Shown here: positions 1 to 9,090 of the stretch, in pieces
Layout: each line of letters opens with the position of its first letter
Position numbering within the stretch: position 1 is the first letter of the stretch
DNA from: an uncultured delta proteobacterium
GTDB lineage: Bacteria > Desulfobacterota > RBG-13-43-22
DNA: 64,000 nt
Direction: 5' to 3'
NCBI GenBank assembly: GCA_963743305.1
Contig: CAVUPH010000021.1
Span: 1-64,000, forward strand
Program-made: the position numbers and the translations under genes
The notes under the pieces: model-generated
Told to the model about the DNA's origin: nothing
The model's input: the letters and a program-made list of their open reading frames with translations, nothing else
The model's database searches: none

Positions 1-42
1 ATCTACTATTAACCGGAAAAAATCAGAAAAGGAGGAAGAGGC

Positions 43-333
43 ATGAAACGGATGATCATTGTTTTGGCGGGGGTGTTCTTTCTATTTTCCTCTTTGGCCT
101 TGGCCGCGGGGCCTAAATCCTACCAGGTGACCGGTCCGGTACTGGAAGTGAAGGACGACCTGATCGTTGTTCAGAAGGGCAATGACAAGTGGGAACTGGC
201 CAGGGATAAGGACACCAAAGTGCAAGGAGACCTGAAAGTCGGCTCGAAGGTGACCATCCAGTACACGATGAAGGCCACCGAGGTCGAGGTCAAGGGCGAG
301 GCCAAGAAGAAGGAAGAAGGAAAAAAGAAATAA
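43..333 (+). CDS. Small exported protein, OB-fold-like
   Basis: RBS GAGG upstream, signal peptide (MKRMII...ALA), beta-rich body (LKVGSKVTIQY). Confidence 0.7.
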   Translation: MKRMIIVLAGVFFLFSSLALAAGPKSYQVTGPVLEVKDDLIVVQKGNDKWELARDKDTKVQGDLKVGSKVTIQYTMKATEVEVKGEAKKKEEGKKK

Positions 334-353
334 TCCCTGAAACGCACCCGAGT

Positions 354-388
354 AAAAAGGGCCCGGGGGAAAAGCCCGGGTCCTTTTT
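354..388. terminator. Bidirectional intrinsic terminator
   Basis: AAAAAGGGCCCGGG-loop-CCCGGGTCCTTTTT between convergent genes. Confidence 0.75.
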
Positions 389-542
389 AAGGGTTTCTAG
401 CATTCCTTTTGGGAGCAAGTCTCCTTTCCCCGCCCTTACCCTGATCCTAAAAAGTCAACGGTCCGGCGATTAAATTCCCGGTCGGCTTCCATGAAGAAGC
501 AGTGCCGGAGGCCCGGGAAAAGAACCAGTCCCGTGTGGGGGA

Positions 543-2843
543 TCAGTTCCTGAAGTTGGTCCTTTCTTTCATTTCTTGCCGTATATAGTGGGCGGCTACG
601 GCCTGGCCCAGAGAAATTCCGCCGTCGTTGGAAGGAATCAGGGATTTGCTGTAGACCCGGAAGCCCTCCGCAGACAGACGGGCCTCCATCTCCGTCAGAA
701 GCGTTCGATTTTGGAAGACCCCTCCGCCTAGGGCCACTTTTTCAAGGCCCCGCTCCTCTCGCAGGATTCGGCAAACCCGGGTCAGGACTTCCACCAGCGT
801 CCGATGGAAACGCCGGCTGATTTGTTCCCGGGAGGCGCCCTGGAGGACATCCTCCACCACGCTCCGGATGATGGATTGGGGAAGGATCTGGAGGGTTTCC
901 TCTGATTTCAATAGCTCGAAATCATAGGAGCCTTCGTTTTCCCGGCTTTGAGTCATCTCCAGTTCCATGGCCGCCTGCCCTTCAAAGGCCACGGTATCCC
1001 GCAAGCCGATGATGGCGGCCACCCCGTCAAAAAGCCGCCCGCAGCTTGAGGTCATTGGGCTGTTGATCCCCTTTTGGATCATCCGCACCAAGATCTCGAT
1101 TTTGGCGCGGTCGATCCGTTCCAGCAGGGGCAGGGAAAGATCCCAGAGGCCTTCTCCATAGGCCTGGTAAAGGTAGCTGACGGCCATGCGCCAGGGTTCC
1201 CGGATGGCCCTGGCCCCCCCGGGGAGGGGCAGGTAGGCGAAGTGACCGCATCGTTCAAAGGACCCGCAATCGCCCACCAGGACCTCGCCCCCCCAGATCC
1301 GTCCGTCCAGCCCGTACCCGCTGCCGTCCAGCATCAAGCCAATCACCTTTTCATTCAGGCCGTGTTCGGCCAGACAGCCCACCAGATGCGCGAAATGATG
1401 CTGCACCCCGATTAATTCAACCCCTTCCTGTTCCAGGGCAAACCGGGTGCTCAGGTAATCCGGGTGGAGGTCATAGGCGATAATTTCCGGTTCGATCTGC
1501 AGGATCTGTTTGAGATGCTCGATGGTCTGCTTGAAAAAATGCAGCGTTTCCAGGTTCTCCAGGTCCCCCACATGCTGGCTGATAAAGGCCCGGTTGTCTT
1601 TGGTCAGACAGACGGTGTTTTTTAATTCGGCCCCACAGGCCAAAACGGGCGCCAGCGGTTCCGCCAGGAAGACGGGCACGGGAACGAAGCCCCGGGAACG
1701 GCGAAGCTGGCGCAGCGATCCGGAAACCTGTTGAACAATGGAGTCGTCGCTGCGCAGGTGAATGTCGCGGTTGTGGACCAGGAAGTAATCGGCGATCCCC
1801 TTGAGCCGGAGGAAGGCCTCTTCATTGTCGATGCAGATGGGTTCCTCGGACAGGTTGCCGCTGGTCATGACCAGGGCCAGAAATCCGTGATCCAGCAGCA
1901 AATAATGGAGCGGGGCGTAGGGCAGCATGACACCGTAATACTGATTGCCCGGGGCCACCGCGGAGGCGATAGGGCTGGGGTCATTTTGCTTGAGGAGGAT
2001 AATGGGACGTTCTCTGGAGAGCAGCACGGCCGCCTCTTCCGCTTCAATCCGAGCGAATGCTCTAATCCGGTCCAAATCCGGACTCATCAGGGCCAGGGGT
2101 TTCTCCTCCCGGTGCTTACGCGCCCGCAGGCGCCTGACCGCTTCTTCCTGAACGGCCTCCACGGCCAGGTGAAACCCTCCCAGGCCTTTGATGGCCACGA
2201 TCCAGCCCTCTCGCAGCAGCCGGGCGGTTTCGGCGATGGGATCTTGACCTTCGAGGGTCTGGCCCATTCCGTCCAGAAGACGCACCCGGGGTCCGCAGGT
2301 CCAGCAGGCATTGGGCTGGGCGTGAAAACGCCGGTTCAGGGGATCGTGGTACTCGGAGGAACATTCCGGACACAGGGTGAAGGCCGCCATGGTGGTCTTG
2401 GCCCGGTCGTAGGGGATATCTTTGATAATGGTGTAGCGGGGCCCGCAGTTGGTGCAGTTGATGAAGGGGTAGCGATAGCGGCGGTCCCGGGGGTCTCGCA
2501 TCTCCCTCAGGCAGTCGGGACAAACAGCCACGTCCGGGGAGATCAGGGCCGAGCGGGTCTCCTGGGCCTGACTCATCCGGATAATGAATCCCGAATCCCC
2601 TTGCGGTGGGAGGGGCTGAAACTCCAGGGAAGTAATGCGGGACAAGGGGGGAGGGTCCTGCCGGAGAGTCCGGATAAAATCATCCAAATCCGGTCCTTCC
2701 CCTTCCACCTCCAGATCCACCCCGTGGGAGGTATTGGTTACATAACCGGCTAGGCGGCGGGCCACGGCCTGCTGGTAGACGAAGGGCCGAAAACCTACGC
2801 CTTGGACGATCCCCTGGATAGTGAGCTTATAGCGAGATTTCAT
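543..2843 (-). CDS. hypF: Carbamoyltransferase HypF
   Basis: Acylphosphatase GIVQGVGFRPF, two CxxC-x18-CxxC zinc fingers, KGLGGFHL, HHFAH, NDGGISLGQ; start placed at MKSRY. Confidence 0.97.
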   Translation of the reverse strand: MKSRYKLTIQGIVQGVGFRPFVYQQAVARRLAGYVTNTSHGVDLEVEGEGPDLDDFIRTLRQDPPPLSRITSLEFQPLPPQGDSGFIIRMSQAQETRSALISPDVAVCPDCLREMRDPRDRRYRYPFINCTNCGPRYTIIKDIPYDRAKTTMAAFTLCPECSSEYHDPLNRRFHAQPNACWTCGPRVRLLDGMGQTLEGQDPIAETARLLREGWIVAIKGLGGFHLAVEAVQEEAVRRLRARKHREEKPLALMSPDLDRIRAFARIEAEEAAVLLSRERPIILLKQNDPSPIASAVAPGNQYYGVMLPYAPLHYLLLDHGFLALVMTSGNLSEEPICIDNEEAFLRLKGIADYFLVHNRDIHLRSDDSIVQQVSGSLRQLRRSRGFVPVPVFLAEPLAPVLACGAELKNTVCLTKDNRAFISQHVGDLENLETLHFFKQTIEHLKQILQIEPEIIAYDLHPDYLSTRFALEQEGVELIGVQHHFAHLVGCLAEHGLNEKVIGLMLDGSGYGLDGRIWGGEVLVGDCGSFERCGHFAYLPLPGGARAIREPWRMAVSYLYQAYGEGLWDLSLPLLERIDRAKIEILVRMIQKGINSPMTSSCGRLFDGVAAIIGLRDTVAFEGQAAMELEMTQSRENEGSYDFELLKSEETLQILPQSIIRSVVEDVLQGASREQISRRFHRTLVEVLTRVCRILREERGLEKVALGGGVFQNRTLLTEMEARLSAEGFRVYSKSLIPSNDGGISLGQAVAAHYIRQEMKERTNFRN

Positions 2844-2853
2844 GGGATGAATT

Positions 2854-2989
2854 TGAATGGGGTCGAAAAGTTCGTCATGGCGAACGAAGTGAAGCAATCC
2901 CCATCATGGCTAAAAGGTGATGATTAGGGATTGCTTCGTCGCTTCTCTCGTCGCAATGACAGTCCTGGAGGCTTTTGGCGAGATCATCA
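2854..2989. repeat. Palindromic intergenic element, family A
   Basis: GTCATGGCGAACGAAGTGAAGCAATC...GATTGCTTCGTC...TCGCAATGAC; homologous copy at 11876-12019. Confidence 0.8.
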
Positions 2990-3028
2990 GGTTTTGTAGG
3001 CCGGGGATTTATCGCTCCGCGCCGGGCG

Positions 3029-3691
3029 CTACGCGCTTTTATAGTGCGGCACCCGCTTCAAGATCCAGTTGAACCAGGACTCCAGACCCGTTCCCGTCTG
3101 GCAGGACACTTCAAAGATATCCAATTGAGGATTTATTTCCAGGGAGACCTGGCGGATTTTCTCCACGCTGGTATTGATGTAGGGCAGCAAGTCGATTTTG
3201 TTGACCAAGAGGACGCTGGACTTGCTGAACATCAAGGGATACTTGAGCGGCTTGTCGTCCCCTTCGGTGACGCTCAGGATCATCACCTTGTAATCTTCGC
3301 CCACGTCGAATTCCGCCGGGCAGACCAGGTTGCCCACGTTTTCCACTACCAGGAGATCCAGGCTGGAGAGGTCTATCTCCTTCAAGGCCTGTTGAATCAT
3401 CCGGCTGTCCAGGTGACAGGCCCCGTCGGTGTTGATCTGGACCGCGGGAATTCCATGCTGAGCGATCTTTTCCGCGTCATAGGTGGATTGAATATCCCCT
3501 TCGATGACCGCGATCCGTATCTTGCCCTTCAGGGCCTCGACAGTCCGTTCCAGAAGGGTGGTTTTCCCCGCGCCCGGTGAGCTCATCAGGTTCAGGACGA
3601 GTAATCCTTTTTCCTGAAACCGGGTCTTGTTTTCCTGAGCCAACTGCTCGTTGGCCTCCAGAATATTACGCACTACCGGTACTTTCATCAT
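3029..3691 (-). CDS. hypB: Hydrogenase nickel-incorporation GTPase HypB
   Basis: SSPGAGKTT, ACHLD, ENVGNLVCPA, DKPLKYP, NKID. Confidence 0.97.
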   Translation of the reverse strand: MMKVPVVRNILEANEQLAQENKTRFQEKGLLVLNLMSSPGAGKTTLLERTVEALKGKIRIAVIEGDIQSTYDAEKIAQHGIPAVQINTDGACHLDSRMIQQALKEIDLSSLDLLVVENVGNLVCPAEFDVGEDYKVMILSVTEGDDKPLKYPLMFSKSSVLLVNKIDLLPYINTSVEKIRQVSLEINPQLDIFEVSCQTGTGLESWFNWILKRVPHYKSA

Positions 3692-3699
3692 CAGAATCC

Positions 3700-4041
3700 T
3701 TATTCCGCTTCTATTTCTTTGATAAACAACTCTTTCCCGGAAACAGGCTCGACCTCATTGGACTGGCACTCCGGGCAAACGAATCGATAGTCAACGATGG
3801 GGAATTCTTTCCCGCAGGCCCTGCACCGGCCGGTCAGGGGCACCTGCTCCAATTCTACCTTAACTCCTTCCAAAGGTGTGTCCTTGGTGATCAGCTCGAA
3901 ACAAAAGGTGAGACTGTCCGGAACCACGGCGGTAAATTCCCCCACCACCAGGCGAATCACCGAGACCTTGGACACCTGGTGGCGGACCATCTCCTGCTCA
4001 ACAATATCGATGATACTTTGGGCGATGGACATTTCATGCAT
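3700..4041 (-). CDS. hypA: Hydrogenase nickel metallochaperone HypA
   Basis: MHEMSIA N-terminus and two CxxC motifs. Confidence 0.96.
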   Translation of the reverse strand: MHEMSIAQSIIDIVEQEMVRHQVSKVSVIRLVVGEFTAVVPDSLTFCFELITKDTPLEGVKVELEQVPLTGRCRACGKEFPIVDYRFVCPECQSNEVEPVSGKELFIKEIEAE

Positions 4042-4092
4042 AGGTTGATTAAGGTAGACCACCCTTCCTGAAAGGTCAAGGCTTATCTCCGC

Positions 4093-4659
4093 TTACAAGT
4101 CCAATTCTACACTGATCGACTGCATGGCCTGGAGGGCGATTTCGGCAAATTCCGGGAGGGGGATCCCGATCACCTCGCACTCTCGGATAATATCCCGGTT
4201 GACCGAAGCCGCGAAGGCCTTTTCTTTCATCCGCTTCACAATGGACTTGGATTTGACCGAGGCCAATTTCTTGTCCGGATAGACCAGGGTGGTGGCTGTG
4301 ATCAACCCGGTGATGGTCTCCCCGGCGGCCAGGGCGTGATGAAAAACAGCGCATCTTTTTTCTCCGCAGGCCAATTCATTATGGAGCTTGACGGCCTGGA
4401 CGATTTCCGGGTCCACTCCGTTTGCTTCCAGGATCCGTACCGCTTCAATCCCGTGAACGGCCAGGTCGGCCTGGGTCAGCTCCACATCCAGATCGTGGAG
4501 CAATCCGGCCAGAGACCACTTTTCACGGTCTTCCCCCAGGCGGTCCGCCAGGGCGCCGAGAACGGCCTCGGAAGCCAGGCAGTGTTTGATCATATTGGGA
4601 TTTTTGAGGTGCTGATGGATTAGATCCAGGGCCTGGGTCCGTGAAATAACTGGTGACAT
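4093..4659 (-). CDS. HDIG/HD-domain metal-dependent hydrolase
   Basis: KHCLA...GLLHDLD...FAASVNRD. Confidence 0.9.
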   Translation of the reverse strand: MSPVISRTQALDLIHQHLKNPNMIKHCLASEAVLGALADRLGEDREKWSLAGLLHDLDVELTQADLAVHGIEAVRILEANGVDPEIVQAVKLHNELACGEKRCAVFHHALAAGETITGLITATTLVYPDKKLASVKSKSIVKRMKEKAFAASVNRDIIRECEVIGIPLPEFAEIALQAMQSISVELDL

Positions 4660-4693
4660 ATAATATTTCCCTCTCCTAGTAAATCTTCTAACC

Positions 4694-4751
4694 GAGTAAC
4701 GTCACCAATCAGCCGCCGTTAGTTGCGGACGGCCGGATTGCCTTATTAAGC
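4694..4751 (-). other. Degenerate integron attC-like site
   Basis: Minus strand reads GCTTAAT-AAGGCAATCCGGCCG...CGGCTGATTGGTGAC-GTTACTC: R''/L''/L'/R' layout at the 3' end of a low-GC gene. Confidence 0.55.
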
Positions 4752-5101
4752 CATTCCTTATCTACTGAAAAAGTCTGACCTAAAGGATCAAAACCGGAAA
4801 GATCTTGCCTTTTTAATTTGTTCCTAATTTTTTCAAATAATCTTACGGTTTCCTCAGCATATAATCGTTCACCGCAATGAAGACAAACTTCAGCCTGAAT
4901 TTGTAAAACAGCAGTATGATTTCCTCCATGCAAAATTTTTTCCACCGCCTTCTTTTTTAATTCGCCGCCACAAACGGGACATTTTTCAAAAGGTAACATT
5001 ACCTTAAAAGTTAATTCATCTCCTTCCGCTTCTTCGTCAGCATGATCAGTAATCCTAATCCGACTATTCTGGATCGCACTTTTTATATCTTCAATTATCA
5101 T
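4709..5101 (-). pseudogene. DUF4258 toxin N-terminus fused in frame to a YgiT-type zinc finger
   Basis: IRITDHADEEAE (DUF4258 start) joined directly to MLPFEKCPVCGG...VCLHCGE; most of the toxin is missing. Confidence 0.65.
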
Positions 5102-5325
5102 ATGCTTTCATCATCAGATCGGACAATATTAGCTTTCGTGCCATTACAGAAAGATGATAGTTCTTTGGCAACGGATTCGCTCCAATCAATGGTGTGGCGT
5201 GCATGCTGATAGAGAATCAACCATTCGCCCCGAAGAATTGTCCGCAGCTCAGATTCTAATGCGATGTGGCAGAGGGTTGCCCACTTCACGAGATCCCTGT
5301 CATCCGAGTAATACTTGTCTCTCAT
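5098..5325 (-). pseudogene. Short low-GC gene remnant
   Basis: 75-aa ORF in a low-GC islet, overlapping the next start (ATGA). Confidence 0.35.
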
Positions 5326-5443
5326 TCATCCTCTATAGGGATAACGCGAAAATCAGTCGTGTCCGTTAAGACATCGGCTGGATTGCATTGGAAGTATCAT
5401 GGTGGCAACACTCATATCCTACTAAAATCATTCTTAATGTCAA

Positions 5444-6298
5444 TTAATCTCTTGATTTTTTGAGGAGATCCACCAGTGTGCGATAGGTCCCTCCGGCCTT
5501 TCGAACGATGGCCGGTCCGTAGCCAAAGGCCAGGGGGTTGGGCTCCGTATCGATGAAGACGAAGGCGATGCCATTCCGGCGCAGCCAGGAGGCCGTCAGC
5601 AGGGCCTCATCCACCGGGTCCAAGCCGGAAAAACTTAGATTAGGTTTTCCGTCGGAGACCAGCACCAGGACTTGCCCGGATCGGGGGTATTTGAATCGTT
5701 CCTGGGCCAGGGCCCGGAAGCCCAGGCGCAGACCCTCTGCCAGGGGCGTCTTGCCACCCATCGGCAGCATTCGGAGGGAGTGTCGGACCCGTCCCAGATT
5801 TCCGGTGAAGGGCTGAATCAACTGAGACTGTTGATGGCGGAAGGCCACCAGGGCCACCCGGTCCCGCCGCAGATAGCTCTCCTTGAGGTAGACGTTCAAC
5901 AGGCCCTTGACCAGAGACATTCGTCCATGCACCCCCATGGATGAACTGGCATCCACCACAAAAACTATCGAATAACCGCCTTTTTTCTTTTTGATTTTCC
6001 GCCTTAAATCGTCCCGGATAAAACGAAGCGGTCTCTGCTCCCGGTCAAAACCCGAACGGCCGCAGGCGGATTTCACCGTGGGAAGAAAGGCCGTCTCCGT
6101 CAACGATGCCCCGGAAAAAGGGCCGCTTCCAACCACCCGGCCTTCGTTCCTCATGGAGGGGAAAGTCTTTCTTCGGCCAGGGGAGGCGAGCCGGATCAAT
6201 TCCGCCAAAGGGATGGAGGGATTTGGTATCCGGGTGCTTTCAGGTGGGAGAGGGACTGAAAGAGGAGGGGGGTCTAATAGGCCAGGGGCTTTTTTTTT
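5444..6298 (-). CDS. chlD: ChlD-type chelatase C-terminal part (Pro-rich linker + vWA), in the -1 frame
   Basis: MIDAS DASSSMG, GGKTPL, SDGKPN; frame open from the A9 run at 6290-6298. Confidence 0.85.
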   Translation of the reverse strand, partial: KKKAPGLLDPPPLSVPLPPESTRIPNPSIPLAELIRLASPGRRKTFPSMRNEGRVVGSGPFSGASLTETAFLPTVKSACGRSGFDREQRPLRFIRDDLRRKIKKKKGGYSIVFVVDASSSMGVHGRMSLVKGLLNVYLKESYLRRDRVALVAFRHQQSQLIQPFTGNLGRVRHSLRMLPMGGKTPLAEGLRLGFRALAQERFKYPRSGQVLVLVSDGKPNLSFSGLDPVDEALLTASWLRRNGIAFVFIDTEPNPLAFGYGPAIVRKAGGTYRTLVDLLKKSRD

Positions 6299-7404
6299 AA
6301 TTCGCCGGAGGACGGGGCGGCCGGCGGCTCTTCCTGAGCGGCTTCCAGTTCCTCGAGGATCTTTTGGATTTGATCGGGTTCCAGTCGGGGCTGGTTAAGG
6401 TCCTGGTTTTTCAAGCGGTGGGGCAGAGCCAATTCAGCAGCTTTCAGCAGATCCGGAGGGGTGACCTCGGTCCCCCCCCGGAAGGCGCTGATGGCCTGGG
6501 CGGCCTTGATCATGGTTATATCGCTGCGATGACCTTCCACCCCATAGCTCAGCGATAAGCGGGCCGCCATTTCCCAGATGCGCTGGGGAGTCCGGATTTG
6601 GTCTAAATCCCGGCGGGCTTGAATGATCTTTTGGGCCAGCTCATTTTCCTGGCCGGACCAGTCTTCGAGAAAACCAACCGGATCGGACTCGAAGGCCAGG
6701 CGGCGGTGGGCGACAGCCATCCGTTCCTTTAAATCGGAGCTGCCCCGCACGTCCAGGCAGAGACCGAAGCGGTCCAACAACTGGGGGCGCAGGTCCCCTT
6801 CTTCCGGATTCATGGTGCCGATCAGGATGAAGCGGCTGGGATGGCTGAAGGAAATCCCCTCCCGCTCCACGTAATTGACTCCCAGGGCGGCCACATCCAG
6901 CAGCAAATCCACCAGGTGATCTTCGAGCAGGTTGACTTCATCCACATAGAGAATAGAGCGGTTGGCCCGGGCCAAGAGCCCTGGTTCAAAACGGCGTTCT
7001 CCCTTGGACAGGGCGGCTTCAAAGTCCAAGGCCCCGATCAAGCGGTCTTCCGAGGTCCCCAGGGGCAGGTTGACCAGCCCAAAGGGGGCGCTGACGCCGG
7101 GCAGGGTTTCCCCCTTCGCCAGCCGCCGACGGCAAAGCTCGCACATCTCTTCCGGGTCTCGAAGAGGGCAGCGAAAGGGACAATCGGCCACCAATTCCAC
7201 GGGGGGGAGCAGGTTGATCAACCCGCGAACGGCCGTTGATTTGGCTGTGCCTCGCTGGCCCCGGATCAACAGACCTCCGATCCGGGGGTGGATCAGGGTC
7301 AGCACGAGCCCTAATTTCATCTTCTCCTGACCGACGATTGCCGTAAAGGGATAGATCGGGACGGATTCAGGCTTTGATGGGGTCGGATCAAGGGCCAAAG
7401 ACAT
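6274..7404 (-). CDS. ChlI-like AAA+ Mg/Co chelatase subunit (0-frame part of frameshifted chlD)
   Basis: YPFTAIVGQE, GQRGTAKST, LYVDEVNLL, NPEEGDLRPQLLDRFG. Confidence 0.93.
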   Translation of the reverse strand: MSLALDPTPSKPESVPIYPFTAIVGQEKMKLGLVLTLIHPRIGGLLIRGQRGTAKSTAVRGLINLLPPVELVADCPFRCPLRDPEEMCELCRRRLAKGETLPGVSAPFGLVNLPLGTSEDRLIGALDFEAALSKGERRFEPGLLARANRSILYVDEVNLLEDHLVDLLLDVAALGVNYVEREGISFSHPSRFILIGTMNPEEGDLRPQLLDRFGLCLDVRGSSDLKERMAVAHRRLAFESDPVGFLEDWSGQENELAQKIIQARRDLDQIRTPQRIWEMAARLSLSYGVEGHRSDITMIKAAQAISAFRGGTEVTPPDLLKAAELALPHRLKNQDLNQPRLEPDQIQKILEELEAAQEEPPAAPSSGELKKKPLAY

Positions 7405-7520
7405 GCCCTATATGTAACGGCTCCCGGATAAGCTGTCAATGATTAATCATGAAAAAGGAAAGGAGGTATGGAGGGTTGCTCCATACCTCCCGGGAGGAGG
7501 GGAAGGAGAGGTAGTTTATA

Positions 7521-8102
7521 TTATAACCGGCCGCCGCCGGGGCCGAAGCCTTGGCCAGGACCCCTGCCGGGGCCTCCACCGGGACCGAAGCCCGCGCCGC
7601 CGGGACCGAAGCCGGAACCGTCACAGTTTCCGCGGCCCATGCGGCCCATGCGATGCATGCCGCCACCGCCGAATCCCATGCCCATACCCATACCCGGGCC
7701 ACGGCCGGCCACCTGAGCGGCCTGTTCGGGGGTTAGCACCTTGCGGGCTTCCAGCCGGGAGTCGGTCATCTTGGCCTGGAGCGTATTCCTTAGGTCGTTA
7801 AGTTCCTTTTGCTTGGCCAATATCTTGTCCTTGTCGGGATTGGGATTGGTCCAGAGGGTTTGAAGTTCCAACCGCTTGGTCTGCATCTGATTTCGCAGGG
7901 AAACCGTATCCTTCCAGGTTTTCTCCCGCAGGTCATTCAGCTTGGTATTCTGGTCTGCGGTCAGGTTCAACTGGTCAAATCCACCAGGGCAATTGAAATT
8001 GTTCCCCCGGCCGAATCCGGGACCGGCGGCGATCGCTAAACCGGACATGGCCAAGAGGGCCCCACCGACCATCCATACTTTCATTCTACTTTTACCTAAC
8101 AT
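7521..8102 (-). CDS. Spy/CpxP/ZraP-like periplasmic chaperone or metal-binding protein
   Basis: Signal peptide, LNLTADQ and LTPEQ motifs, Gly/Met-rich tail, RBS AAGGAGG. Confidence 0.85.
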   Translation of the reverse strand: MLGKSRMKVWMVGGALLAMSGLAIAAGPGFGRGNNFNCPGGFDQLNLTADQNTKLNDLREKTWKDTVSLRNQMQTKRLELQTLWTNPNPDKDKILAKQKELNDLRNTLQAKMTDSRLEARKVLTPEQAAQVAGRGPGMGMGMGFGGGGMHRMGRMGRGNCDGSGFGPGGAGFGPGGGPGRGPGQGFGPGGGRL

Positions 8103-8153
8103 GATATTTTCCTCCTTTTAATTTTTTTTGAGTCAGGTTTTGTCTAGGGTATA

Positions 8154-8170
8154 TTCAAGTCTTGTGCCAA
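8154..8170 (-). promoter_or_regulatory. Putative sigma54 promoter
   Basis: TTGGCACAAGACTTGAA (-24 perfect, -12 GA); GAC-N6-GTC palindromes at 8246-8261 and 8346-8359 may be activator sites. Confidence 0.5.
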
Positions 8171-8529
8171 GACCCCTATTAGTTGTAACAAATTAAAAAT
8201 ACTAACTATTTACATGTTACCGGGAAGTCGGCGGCTTTTTGGGCTCGACGATTTTGTCGAATGATTCTTTGTCTTTTGTGGCTCTTTATGGGGGAGGCTT
8301 CTGAAATGGATCTATTTATCTATAAAATTTAAACGTTTATAAAGGGACAAGATTGTCGAGGCGTTTCGACAAATCAATCCAGATTTACCTTGACAGGGGA
8401 GGTACTAATTCCTTAAGGGTGAGAGGGCAGGTTTTTTTTGGTATTAATCCCCTATGACCCAGGGGCCGCCTGCGAAGCATGAAAATCCCCTTGGCCAAGT
8501 GCAGGTCATCTTGGGCCTTTCGTTATCTG

Positions 8530-8616
8530 GTCATTCTGAGTGAAACGAAGAAACTCGTCTTTCAGCTCAGGGCCGGCCCGAGGGATTCTTCAGTCGCTTC
8601 GTTCCTTCAGAATGAC
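8530..8616. repeat. Palindromic element, family C
   Basis: GTCATTCTGAGTGAAACGAAG...CTTCGTTCCTTCAGAATGAC. Confidence 0.7.
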
Positions 8617-8703
8617 CAAGTAGTTGGAGAACGAGTCGGTCTGAGCGCTTCCGATCTCGGAAAGGTATTTTCACACTATGGATAGTAAGGGCTTTACGAA
8701 CAA

Positions 8704-8886
8704 ATGACTAAAATCGCGGCGATCATTCAAATCATACTGGTTCTCTTGATCGTGGGAATCAGCACCTATTTTCTATTTAAAGGGAAATTTGAAGTGGGAC
8801 TGGCTTTTTTACCCCTGCTCATGATTTATTATGTTTTTGTAACCGCCAGGAGGAAAAGGGGTGCCCCGGACGATAAAGAGGGTTGA
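8704..8886 (+). CDS. Small two-TM membrane protein
   Basis: Two hydrophobic stretches and a basic tail. Confidence 0.6.
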   Translation: MTKIAAIIQIILVLLIVGISTYFLFKGKFEVGLAFLPLLMIYYVFVTARRKRGAPDDKEG

Positions 8887-8954
8887 CATCGAGGAAACAG
8901 ATCCGCCTTTTGATTATTAGTATCGGAAGAGGTTGCAGTAATAGACCAAACGAC

Positions 8955-9043
8955 AAATCCCCCCTCACCCCTCTTTTTCAAAGGGGGGAACCCCTTCCTC
9001 CTTTAGACTCCTCCCTTTGAAAAAGGGAGGTTGGGAGGGATTT
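8955..9043. repeat. Palindromic element, family B (CCCCT..TTCAAAGGGG)
   Basis: AAATCCCCCCTCACCCCTCTTTTTCAAAGGGGGG...CCCTTTGAAAAAGGGAGGTTGGGAGGGATTT; decayed relatives near 9891-9939 and 16761-16820. Confidence 0.7.
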
Positions 9044-9090
9044 TTGAAAAATTGGAAAGTCTTTAATACATTTAAATCGAGTAATTCCAA

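Noticed and set aside
1731-2753. 340-aa plus-strand ORF
   Set aside because: Antisense shadow of hypF with no recognisable motifs
7521-7700. GC-rich tandem repeats
   Set aside because: Explained by the Gly/Met/Pro low-complexity protein tail
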